A DNA stretch of 30,484 nucleotides from an uncultured Actinomycetota bacterium. Its GTDB lineage: Bacteria > Actinomycetota > Humimicrobiia > Humimicrobiales > Humimicrobiaceae. How positions within the stretch are numbered: position 1 is the stretch's first letter; every line of letters starts with the position of its first letter. Made by a program: the position numbers and the translations under genes. The notes beneath the pieces are model-generated. The model did no database searches, was not told the DNA's origin, and saw only the letters and a program-made list of their open reading frames with translations. This document shows, piece by piece, positions 1 to 8,137 of the stretch. The DNA lies in assembly GCA_964509585.1 (NCBI GenBank), contig CAZDXU010000137.1:1-30484 (forward strand), read 5' to 3'.

Positions 1-93
1 ATCTTTAAAAAGACAAGAGCCATAGGGATCCTCCAGTCAAAAAGTTTTATATTTTTCTGGAGGTATTTAAACCTTAGGCCCGCAAAAGCATAA
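1..93 (+). CDS. Probable 3' end of an upstream gene (partial, product unknown)
   Basis: Frame 1 is open from base 1 to TAA at 91-93 (IFKKTRAIG...RPAKA*). It is followed at once by the GGAG RBS of the gene at 104, as in the other tightly packed junctions here. Confidence 0.4.
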   Translation: MFKKTRAIGILQSKSFIFFWRYLNLRPAKA

Positions 94-103
94 GGAGCAT
101 CGC

Positions 104-847
104 ATGGATAAAGTAGATTACACAAGGATATACAGCAAATGGCATTCCGGGGACCCCGGACATATAAAAAAGATGAAGGATTTCCATAAACGTACCATAG
201 GAAGGTTTCTTCCGGAAGATAAAAAGGCAGCTATCCTGGATATCGGATGCGCTATGGGTTTTACCCTGATGATGCTGGATGATGAAGGCTATGACAATGC
301 CGAAGGCATTGATACCGACAGTAAGCTGATAGAGTTTTGCAGGGAGAAAAGGCTGAAAGCAAAAAGAGTAGATGATTCCGCAGCATATCTTAATAAAAAA
401 AAGGGCAGCTATGACCTGGTGCTGGCTCTTGACCTTATCGAGCATATACCGCATAAAAAACAGCCGGAGCTGGTAAAGGCGGTCTCTGGCAGCCTGAAGA
501 AGGGCGGAAAGCTTATCTGCACCGTACCCAATGCAAATTCGATGCTTGCTTCCAGATGGAGGTATAACTGCTGGACACATGAAAACAGCTTTACAGAACA
601 CAGCCTGGATTTCCTTCTCCACAATGGCGGATTCAGGGATATACAGGTGACAGGCACGGAAGCTATGCCCAGGCCCAGGCATATGTGGATAATAAGGAAA
701 TCAGTAATAAGGTGGTGGCTCCTGAAGCTTTTGAGAGCCCGGCGCAAATTAGAATACATAGCCGAACTCGGTTATAGAGAAGGCATAAAGATACCCATGA
801 CTTTAAACCTTCTGGGAACAGGAGTTAAGAAGGCTGATGATGAATGA
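104..847 (+). CDS. Class I SAM-dependent methyltransferase
   Basis: Motif I ILDIGCAMG, acidic EGIDTD, post-II YDLVLALDLIEHI, LKKGGKLICTVPN. RBS AAGGAG upstream. Confidence 0.9.
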   Translation: MDKVDYTRIYSKWHSGDPGHIKKMKDFHKRTIGRFLPEDKKAAILDIGCAMGFTLMMLDDEGYDNAEGIDTDSKLIEFCREKRLKAKRVDDSAAYLNKKKGSYDLVLALDLIEHIPHKKQPELVKAVSGSLKKGGKLICTVPNANSMLASRWRYNCWTHENSFTEHSLDFLLHNGGFRDIQVTGTEAMPRPRHMWIIRKSVIRWWLLKLLRARRKLEYIAELGYREGIKIPMTLNLLGTGVKKADDE

Positions 848-2831
848 TCGCCTGAGACCAGGATACAGCTATTATACTTTTGACGTATTTGATACTGTAC
901 TTGTAAGGAAATGGGCAAGACCGCAGGACCTCTTTTTTGAACTGGGCAGCATACTTCTTGGAGAAGGCGGGACCGATATAGGACCTGAAAGGTTTATGCA
1001 GCTGAGGATACTGGCTGAGAAGAAAGCAAGAAGGGGAAGAAAAAACGGGGAGATAGCAATAACCGATATTTACCGGGTCCTATCCCGGGACATCGGCCTG
1101 GATGCCTCCTGGGAAAAGAAAGCGATGCAGATGGAGATCGGGCTGGAGAAAAGATCCGTTTATCCCGTACCCGGGGTAAAAATAGCCATAGATGATATCA
1201 GGAAAACGGGTAAAAAGATCTATTATATCTCTGATATGTATCTGCCATCCGGGATAATAATAGACATGCTAAAGGAAAATAAGCTGTGGGATGCCGGGGA
1301 CAGGATATTTGTTTCGGGCGAACGGGGCTGCAATAAAAGCTCCGGAGGCATATACGACCTTCTCTTTAAGGATGAAGGGCTGGTCCCCGGCCAGGGATGC
1401 CATACGGGAGATGATCACAGGAATGATCTCAGTATGGCCCGCAGGAAAGGCATGGGATCAGTCCGCTTTACCGACTCTGCCCTTAACCGCTATGAAAAGA
1501 TGATAGCTGAAGATAGCCGCCTGGACAGGAGGTTTTCCTCCCTGCTTTCCGGGACCAGCAGGCTTTGCCGCTTAAGCGGTCTTATGGCGGATGCCGGCAA
1601 AAAAGTAATATGGGACTGCGGATGCAGTGTAGCCGGACCGGTCCTTCTGGGATATGTTTACTGGTGCCTGCAGGAAGCTATGAAACTGGACCTGGAAAGA
1701 CTATACTTTGTCAGCAGGGAAGGCCAGATACTTAAAAAGATAGCAGAAATCCTTTGCCGCAGATACGGGATCGGTATAGAATGCAGGTACCTATACGGGT
1801 CCAGGCATGCCTGGCATTTCCCGGCTATATCAGGTTTGGATGAAGATGATATCGGGATTATTTTCGACCATACGGATTTTATGTGCGTAAATTCTGTTTT
1901 TAGAAGGGTAAACACCAGACCGGAAGATTTCGAAGAGATACTCAAAGAGTATGGTTTCAGCAGGCCAGGATGGGATAAAAACCTGGATGAAGAAGAAAGG
2001 ATAAAACTCCGCCAGGTCTTCAGGCATGAAAAGGCCAGGTCTGCAATCTCTGCACTTGCAGGGGAATACCGAAGAGACGCCCTGGGCTATTTAAGGCAGG
2101 AAGGGCTTTTCTCTAAGAAAAGATGGGGCCTGGTTGATATGGGCTGGAAGGGCAGGATGCAGTATTCCCTGGGAAGGCTTCTGCAAAAAGACATGCCGGG
2201 AGCTGAAGACGGGATAAAGGGATTCTACTTCGGCCTGGACAGGCGCGATGATGATCATGGGGATAATAAGATGCTAAGCTATCTCATTGATGTAAAACGC
2301 GGCATAAACAGCAGGTTTACCAGATATATCCAGCTCCTGGAGCTCTTTACCTCAGCCGATCACGGGCTTACCCTTAAATACGGCCGCATAGACGGAAGGT
2401 ATGTACCGGTACTTAGAGAGGATGTAAACGAAGAGGCAGTCAGCTGGGGGATAAGGATACTCCAGGACTCTGCAGCCAGGTTTGCCGGGGAATTCGCAAA
2501 CAACTGCGATATCAAAGAAGATGATATTGGCGGTCTCAGGAAGGCTTCTGCTTTGCTGCTTGATATGTTTTTTACAGATCCTGCACCGGAGGAGGCAGAA
2601 GTATTCGGGAAGTTTATAATGGGCGAGGACCAGACAGAATACAGGAAATACGAGATAGCTCCAGTCATCAAAAAAGCCGGGTTCCTCAAAGCTTTTTTTC
2701 TTGGAGGCAAATATATTTACGGCATACCCTGGCTGGAAGGTTCTGCCGCCAGGTCCTTCAATGGAAACAATATAGTATCAAACCTTTTAAAAGCGAGGTT
2801 TTTTATGGGCGGGCTATTAAAAGGCCGGTAA
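837..2831 (+). CDS. HAD-superfamily phosphatase fused to a C-terminal phosphoribosyltransferase-like domain; putative bifunctional ribofuranosyltransferase (PRP-gPRT type)
   Basis: N-terminal HAD motifs FDVFDT (D16/D19), YISDMY and HTGDDHRND. C-terminal YFVSREG and LVDMGWKGRMQ (PRPP-loop-like). Overlaps the upstream stop. HAD call is strong; gPRT call is inferred. Confidence 0.7.
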   Translation: MMNDRLRPGYSYYTFDVFDTVLVRKWARPQDLFFELGSILLGEGGTDIGPERFMQLRILAEKKARRGRKNGEIAITDIYRVLSRDIGLDASWEKKAMQMEIGLEKRSVYPVPGVKIAIDDIRKTGKKIYYISDMYLPSGIIIDMLKENKLWDAGDRIFVSGERGCNKSSGGIYDLLFKDEGLVPGQGCHTGDDHRNDLSMARRKGMGSVRFTDSALNRYEKMIAEDSRLDRRFSSLLSGTSRLCRLSGLMADAGKKVIWDCGCSVAGPVLLGYVYWCLQEAMKLDLERLYFVSREGQILKKIAEILCRRYGIGIECRYLYGSRHAWHFPAISGLDEDDIGIIFDHTDFMCVNSVFRRVNTRPEDFEEILKEYGFSRPGWDKNLDEEERIKLRQVFRHEKARSAISALAGEYRRDALGYLRQEGLFSKKRWGLVDMGWKGRMQYSLGRLLQKDMPGAEDGIKGFYFGLDRRDDDHGDNKMLSYLIDVKRGINSRFTRYIQLLELFTSADHGLTLKYGRIDGRYVPVLREDVNEEAVSWGIRILQDSAARFAGEFANNCDIKEDDIGGLRKASALLLDMFFTDPAPEEAEVFGKFIMGEDQTEYRKYEIAPVIKKAGFLKAFFLGGKYIYGIPWLEGSAARSFNGNNIVSNLLKARFFMGGLLKGR

Positions 2832-2843
2832 ACAGAAAAACAG

Positions 2844-3896
2844 ATGAAGAAAATACCATTGACAAAAAGGATTATCAAAAGGTCTGCCAGGGACCTGAAA
2901 AAGCTCTTTTACGGGTCTTTGCCGCCTGAGACTGCCTATTACCTGAGAAAGAAGATATACGGCGCCATATTGAGAAGATACTCATGCCAGGAGGACCTTC
3001 CCATAGAAGAATTAAAAAATATCCATATCATCATGGGCCTAGCCTGCAATTATAGATGCAGGATGTGCTACCAGACAGACTTCAGCAAGAAGCTGGATCC
3101 GGATATTTATCTTAACAGCTTAAAGGGCATATATCAAAATATAGAAGAGATAATAATCCAGGGAGGCGAACCGACCATTATGGCTGGCGCCAGGGAGCTT
3201 ATCGGATTCCTTACTTCAAGATACGAAAATATGAAGATCAGCACTTTCACCAACGGGTATCTTTTTGACGGATGGTGGAGAGAGACGTTTGCAAAAAATG
3301 GAGGCTTTGTAAATTTTTCCATAAATGCAGCCGGAAGGGAAAAATATTCAGAGATCAACGGAAAGGACAACTGGGACCAGGCAGTTTATAACCTGCAGCG
3401 GCTGATAAACATAAGGAACAGTTCCGGGAGCGGGCTGGAGATAAGGTCAAGTTTTGTGATCCTGGAAGAAAACCTGGGGGAGCTGTATGATTTTGTCTGT
3501 TTCTTTCATAAACTGGGAGTAGACAGGATAAGCTTTTTTTATGATATGAACCTTTTTCCTTCAAATACCGGGGAAGCCCGCTGCCAGATCGACAGCATAA
3601 ACAGGTACAGAAAGGAAAATACAGGATTAGCCATCGAAGGCCTGGATAGTTTTGGGAACTGGATCTTCAATAGAAGGCAGGGACCGCCGCTGCAATGCAA
3701 GTATCCATTCAACAGTATATTCATAGATGAATCAGGAAATGTCTATTTCTGCTGTCTCATCAGCAAATCCATAGGCAATCTTAATTATGAACGCATAGAG
3801 GCATTATGGAATAATATACTGGCAAAAAATATCAGGGCCCGTTTTAAAAATGGAGATTACAGGTACTGCGGGCATTACTGCATACCGCATGACTAA
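2844..3896 (+). CDS. Radical SAM protein with C-terminal SPASM/twitch domain
   Basis: CxxxCxxC in ACNYRCRMCY, QGGEP, FTNG. C-terminal CKYPFNSIFIDESGNVYFCC...IGNL...CGHYC. Confidence 0.9.
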   Translation: MKKIPLTKRIIKRSARDLKKLFYGSLPPETAYYLRKKIYGAILRRYSCQEDLPIEELKNIHIIMGLACNYRCRMCYQTDFSKKLDPDIYLNSLKGIYQNIEEIIIQGGEPTIMAGARELIGFLTSRYENMKISTFTNGYLFDGWWRETFAKNGGFVNFSINAAGREKYSEINGKDNWDQAVYNLQRLINIRNSSGSGLEIRSSFVILEENLGELYDFVCFFHKLGVDRISFFYDMNLFPSNTGEARCQIDSINRYRKENTGLAIEGLDSFGNWIFNRRQGPPLQCKYPFNSIFIDESGNVYFCCLISKSIGNLNYERIEALWNNILAKNIRARFKNGDYRYCGHYCIPHD

Positions 3897-3897
3897 A

Positions 3898-5076
3898 ATG
3901 AAAATACTTTGGTTTCCCAGATTAATATCAGGGATCGACGACCTGCACATGACTACATGGAAAGAGATGAGCGCAGAGCTCATCAAGAAAGGCCATAAGG
4001 TAAAAATAGCCCTGGCCGGGTATGATGATGCCTGCAATATTGAGAACCGGGTCCACATAAGGATAATCAACAGGAAGATACTCAGGATGATAAGCTTCTG
4101 GATATCAGGCTATCTGAGATTTATGATAGATATCTTCAGGTTCAGGCCGGATGCAGTGATCCTTGATATATATACGGTATGGTTTGCTGGGGCATTACCG
4201 GTGTTTTTGAGAAATACTATCTTCATACTCGATAACCGGACGCCCATAGTCCACAATTCAGAGAAGCTTTCTTATGCAGGATATTATATATTCAGGGATC
4301 ATGTGCTTGAGAAATACAGCATCCTTGCGCACCGCTATTCAGGTCTTATGATGGACGGTATAACTGCTATTACCGGCTACTACAGGGATTATCTTATAAA
4401 AAGGTTCAGGTATGACCGGGACAGGGTCTCTGTGTTCAGTTCCGGAGTCAACCAGGATAAGTTCAGGGCCATGGATGGAGATAGGGCAAGACCCGCATAT
4501 CTTAAGGGAAGATTTGTCTTTATCCATCATGGGGAGATATCATTCAACCGGGGTATTATTGAGACGGCCGCTGCGCTGGAAAGTATAGATAATGAAGAGA
4601 TAACGCTGCTCCTTCTGGGGAAGGGGCCGGCTGATAGCCATATAAAAGATATGATAAGGGATAAGAAGCTTGAAAACAGGGTGTTACTGCTGCCGCCGGT
4701 CCCATATGAAGATGTCCCCGGGATAATCAGCTATTGTGACTGTGCAGTTATGGCATACCCGCCTACAGATTACTGGAATAAGAACAATCCCATAAAACTG
4801 CTGGAATACCTGGCATCGGGCAAGCCGGTCATATGCACTGATTTCCGGACTTTCAGGGATGTTGCCGGGGATAAAAAATGTATAAAATATATAAAGGATA
4901 ATAGCCCCTTAAGCATAAGGGATGCCATGATCTATCTTTATAAAAACAGGAAGCTGCTGGGTGAATGGGGCAAAGAAGGGATAAAAGTGGTTTCAAAAAA
5001 TTTTACCTGGGAAAGGCAAGCCGGGGATCTTGTTGGTTTTATATTGAAACTTAAGCAGGGAAAGAAGAAGAGATGA
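3898..5076 (+). CDS. GT4 family glycosyltransferase
   Basis: Start revised to ATG 3898 (MKILWFP), 1 nt after the upstream stop; 3889 is an alternative. HHGEISFNRG and PIKLLEYLASGKPVICTD are GT4 C-terminal motifs. Confidence 0.88.
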   Translation: MKILWFPRLISGIDDLHMTTWKEMSAELIKKGHKVKIALAGYDDACNIENRVHIRIINRKILRMISFWISGYLRFMIDIFRFRPDAVILDIYTVWFAGALPVFLRNTIFILDNRTPIVHNSEKLSYAGYYIFRDHVLEKYSILAHRYSGLMMDGITAITGYYRDYLIKRFRYDRDRVSVFSSGVNQDKFRAMDGDRARPAYLKGRFVFIHHGEISFNRGIIETAAALESIDNEEITLLLLGKGPADSHIKDMIRDKKLENRVLLLPPVPYEDVPGIISYCDCAVMAYPPTDYWNKNNPIKLLEYLASGKPVICTDFRTFRDVAGDKKCIKYIKDNSPLSIRDAMIYLYKNRKLLGEWGKEGIKVVSKNFTWERQAGDLVGFILKLKQGKKKR

Positions 5077-5530
5077 GAACCATAAAGATAGTAGTAATAC
5101 ATCCATTCGATCCCTGGGGCATAAAAATCGGAGGAGCTGAAGTATTTATAAAAGAATTTGTAAAAAATTCCCCTGATAATTTTGAGATAGAATTCATAGG
5201 CGTTTCTTCAGATCCCGCCGAAAGGCCGGTTGGAAGACGGAAAGCCGGATATCTGGGAGGGAGAAAAATATCCTTCTACCCGGTTTTATATGTCCGTGAC
5301 GAGAATATAAAGACAAGGATACCCCTGTCGCTAATATTTACCATCGTTCTGTTTTTCTCAAGGGTCGACTATGGAAATAAGGTGATTTTCTTTAACAGGA
5401 TAGAACCGGCAATATTATTTAAAAGACACAGGGGATTAAAGATCCTGATGGTGCACAATGATGTCCAGGAACAGATATACAAGAAAAAAGGGGAAGTCAT
5501 CTGGAACAGGATACCATGGTTATACAGAAT
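5073..5530 (+). pseudogene. 5' fragment of a GT4 glycosyltransferase interrupted by the mobile element
   Basis: GT4-type N-terminus MRTIKIVVIHPFDPWGIKIGGAE. ATGA overlap with the upstream stop. The frame runs into element DNA and stops at 5544-5546. Confidence 0.85.
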
Positions 5531-5543
5531 TGAACTAAACCGC
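5529..5543. repeat. Left terminal arm ATTGAACTAAACCGC
   Basis: Its reverse complement GCGGTTTAGTTCAAT matches 8078-8092 at 12/15. 5528-5538 is the exact reverse complement of 7791-7801. Confidence 0.8.
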
Positions 5544-5644
5544 TAACGCGGTAGTTTTATCTTTCCTAAATCTTAAACCAAATGAATTTTTCAACTCCCC
5601 AGGCAATCCACATATTACTCTCATAAGAATATCTAAGATACTTT

Positions 5645-5672
5645 TTAACTAAAACTTAAAAGACATTACAAT
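5645..5672 (+). promoter_or_regulatory. Possible sigma70-type promoter of the recombinase-transposase pair
   Basis: TTAACT-N16-TACAAT upstream of the AGGA RBS and ATG 5726. The region is AT-rich, so a chance match is possible. Confidence 0.3.
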
Positions 5673-5725
5673 AATAGCCCACGGATACATTCAAATTGAT
5701 AAACGATTTAAAGAAAGGAAACACC

Positions 5726-6571
5726 ATGACCACTCTTCGTACAAAAATGATTGAAGACATGCAGCTTCGCAGGTTTTCTGTAAATACCCAGAGGTCCTAC
5801 CTGCAGGCAGTAACAGGACTGGCCAGACACTTCAGAAGATCTCCGGATAAGATAAGCAGGGATGAGTATAGAGACTATATACTTTTTCTAACAAACGAGC
5901 GTAAATTAAGCTATAGCACGATAAGGACGGCAACTGCCGGCATAAGCTTTTTCTACAAAGAGATACTGCATAGAAAAGATATGGCTCTTGCGATACCTAA
6001 ACGTAAGAAATCAAGACGTCTGCCGGAGGTCTTTAGCAGAAGTGAACTTGTAAGACTGTTCGGAAGCGTTAAAAATGAAAAACACAGGGCAATGCTCATG
6101 ACAGCTTACGGCTGCGGGCTGCGTGTAAGCGAGGTCATAGCTCTTAAAGTAGCTGACATCGACAGTAAAAGGATGATGGTCAAGATCTACCAGTCAAAAG
6201 GAGCAAAAGACCGTTATACTATCCTTCCCCCAATCCTACTTGCAGAGCTCCGCTCGTACTGGCTTAAATACCGGCCCCCATACTGGCTTTTTACCAGCAA
6301 TCAGACCAGGGGAAAGCTTTCCAGAAAAACTGCCCATAAGATATTTATAGAGGCCAAAGATAGGGCCGGTATTAAAAAAAATGTCACTTTCCATGGATTT
6401 CGCCATAGTTTTGCAACCCATATGCTTGAAGAGGGAGTGGATATAAGGACTATACAGATCCTTATGGGACACGCGTCAATTTCCTCCACTATGACTTACC
6501 TTCATATTGCCAGAAAAGACATAGGTCCCGCCAAAAGCCCGCTGGACCTATTGTATGCCGGGGTCCGGTAA
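5726..6571 (+). CDS. Tyrosine recombinase (phage integrase/XerD-like) with N-terminal SAM-like domain
   Basis: Catalytic residues in YGCGLRVSE (R), KGAK (K), FHGFRHSFATH (HxxR), MGH and TMTYLH (Y). Start revised to ATG 5726, which follows an AAAGGA RBS (281 aa). Confidence 0.95.
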   Translation: MTTLRTKMIEDMQLRRFSVNTQRSYLQAVTGLARHFRRSPDKISRDEYRDYILFLTNERKLSYSTIRTATAGISFFYKEILHRKDMALAIPKRKKSRRLPEVFSRSELVRLFGSVKNEKHRAMLMTAYGCGLRVSEVIALKVADIDSKRMMVKIYQSKGAKDRYTILPPILLAELRSYWLKYRPPYWLFTSNQTRGKLSRKTAHKIFIEAKDRAGIKKNVTFHGFRHSFATHMLEEGVDIRTIQILMGHASISSTMTYLHIARKDIGPAKSPLDLLYAGVR

Positions 6572-6576
6572 GCGCT

Positions 6577-7794
6577 ATGCCGGCAGCACAGGCAACCAAA
6601 GAGAAGAAAAAAGCACCCGGCCGGGATCTTTCCGATATATTTATAGAGTATGGCGGTGCCTATCACAAGACCCACCCTATGTCGTTTTGCCAGAAAAAAG
6701 TCATGCATGATGTCAAGGTGTGCAGGACATCCTACCTGGGAGGACATGTAAAGACATGCGACTTCTGCGGATATGAGCATCCGGCATATAACTCCTGCGG
6801 CAACCGCCACTGTCCCAAGTGCCAGAACATTGCCAAGTTTCGCTGGATAAAAAAACGGGAGGAAGAACTTCTGCCGGTTGATTATTTTCATAATGTGTTT
6901 ACCCTTCCTCACGGACTTAACCCACTTTCCCGGGCCAATAAAAAAGTGATATACGATATCCTTTTTAAGAGTGTATCTGAGACCCTTATACAGTTTGGCC
7001 AAAATGAACTTGGCGGCAGGCTGGGATTTCTTGCCATACTGCATACCTGGGACCAAAAACTTTGCCAGCATATACATCTTCACTGTATCATCCCGGCAGG
7101 AGCACTATCAGCTGGAAAGATAAGATGGATAAGATCTCTAGATGATAGTTTCCTCTTTTCTGTAAAAGCACTATCAAAAGTATTTAGGGGTAAGTTTCTA
7201 TGCTATCTTAAAAAAGCATATACCGGGGGCCGGCTTGTCTTTGCTGGAAAGTCTTCCGAATACGAGAGCAAAGAGGGATTTAAGACCCTAATAGACAGGC
7301 TATACAAAAAAGACTGGGTAGTATATTCGGCCAGACCTTTTGCCGGACCAGGTAAAGTCTTGGATTATCTTGGCCGCTATACACATAGGATCGCCATATC
7401 CAATGACCGCATAAAGAGTGTTACCGGCGGCATGGTCACTTTTTCCTACCGTGACCGAAAGAATGGCAACCAGAAAAAAGAGATGACTCTTTCTGCGAGT
7501 GAATTTATCAGGCGGTTTCTAACACATGTCCTTCCAGATTCCTATACCCGCATAAGGCACTATGGATTTCTTAGTAACCGCAACCGTAAAGAAAATGTAG
7601 CACGGGTAAAGGATCTTCTGGGAGTCTCTTCGGAAAATGGCACTAAAAAGAAGCAAGATGCTCGGGAGATCATGCTTGAACTCACCGGAAAGGATATATT
7701 AAGATGCCCGCAATGTAAGACTGGTACCATGGCAACCTGCCGTTTGATTACCAGGTTTTCTGTGTGGATCGACAGTCAGTTCAGCGAGCCTTAG
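6577..7794 (+). CDS. IS91-family rolling-circle (Y2 HUH) transposase
   Basis: N-terminal Cys-rich zinc domain CRTSYLGGH..CDFCG..NSCGNRHCPKCQ, HUH region HTWDQKLCQHIHLHC, YLGRY (YxxxY), IRHYGFLSN and C-terminal CPQC. Confidence 0.95.
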   Translation: MPAAQATKEKKKAPGRDLSDIFIEYGGAYHKTHPMSFCQKKVMHDVKVCRTSYLGGHVKTCDFCGYEHPAYNSCGNRHCPKCQNIAKFRWIKKREEELLPVDYFHNVFTLPHGLNPLSRANKKVIYDILFKSVSETLIQFGQNELGGRLGFLAILHTWDQKLCQHIHLHCIIPAGALSAGKIRWIRSLDDSFLFSVKALSKVFRGKFLCYLKKAYTGGRLVFAGKSSEYESKEGFKTLIDRLYKKDWVVYSARPFAGPGKVLDYLGRYTHRIAISNDRIKSVTGGMVTFSYRDRKNGNQKKEMTLSASEFIRRFLTHVLPDSYTRIRHYGFLSNRNRKENVARVKDLLGVSSENGTKKKQDAREIMLELTGKDILRCPQCKTGTMATCRLITRFSVWIDSQFSEP

Positions 7795-7801
7795 TTCAAT
7801 T
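7791..7801. repeat. Internal copy of the terminal arm (TTAGTTCAATT) overlapping the transposase stop codon
   Basis: Perfect 11-bp inverted repeat of AATTGAACTAA at 5528-5538. TAG 7792-7794 is the transposase stop. Confidence 0.7.
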
Positions 7802-8077
7802 GATACATCATGTACTATTATTTAGACAATATTAAATATTATCCTTTTACCTCTCTTTTAAAGAGCAGTGGTAGGGCTATGGCTTTTTATCCTGTTACTT
7901 CTTTTTATCTATATCATTTTTATATCAAAAAGAGATCTTTTATATGGCTTTACCGGTTTATTGATATAATCTTATGGTTTTTGTGTGCTCTGAGTCTTCT
8001 TTTTGGCGGTTCTCCTATTTTAATGATTCCAATACTTTCTACATAGAAAAAGTTCTTACTTCTTTGACTAAATATAC

Positions 8078-8137
8078 GCGGCTCAGCTCAATAATGTTTT
8101 ATCTCCAATGCTTGTGCACAAGAGATAAAACGCTAAT
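8078..8137. repeat. Right-end structure: arm + perfect 10-bp stem-loop (attC-like half site)
   Basis: GCGGCTCAGCTCAAT (8078-8092), AAT, GTTTTATCTC (8096-8105), a 16-nt loop, GAGATAAAAC (8122-8131), GCTAAT. A 12-bp palindrome CTTGTGCACAAG lies at 8111-8122. Confidence 0.8.

Larger units (their letters stand above)
5528..8137 (+). mobile_element. Tyrosine recombinase + IS91-family (Y2 HUH) transposase element; 2,607-bp unit bounded by a shared AAT
   Basis: Two-gene module inside a GT4 gene. AAT occurs at both 5528-5530 and 8135-8137. Removing one unit restores an in-frame GT4 (..PWLYRILMERS..). 15-bp imperfect inverted arms at 5529-5543 and 8078-8092. Confidence 0.85.

Noticed and set aside
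5548-5554. GCGGTAG resembling an ops/JUMPstart element
   Set aside because: Incomplete match to GGCGGTAG, located in the element end rather than an operon leader, and explained by the local hairpin.
5528-7801. Classical IS with 11-bp terminal inverted repeats ending at 7801
   Set aside because: There is no flanking duplication, the GT4 frame does not resume at 7802, and neither encoded enzyme is a DDE transposase.
8040-8043. Alternative right boundary at a TACA repeat (also at 5523-5526), giving an in-frame 434-aa GT4
   Set aside because: It would leave the right arm and the perfect hairpin inside coding sequence and add about 30 residues that do not look like GT4. The AAT junction explains both the protein and the end structure. 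Not formally excluded without homolog alignment.
7810-8046. 78-aa aromatic/hydrophobic ORF in the element's right region
   Set aside because: AT-rich low-complexity sequence, no RBS and no recognisable motif. A small passenger gene cannot be fully excluded.
7974-8137. N-terminal extension of the 306-aa ORF-track GT
   Set aside because: It lies within element DNA and crosses the terminal hairpin, so it is treated as a chance open frame. Restart of the 3' fragment at ATG 7974 or 8142 remains untested.
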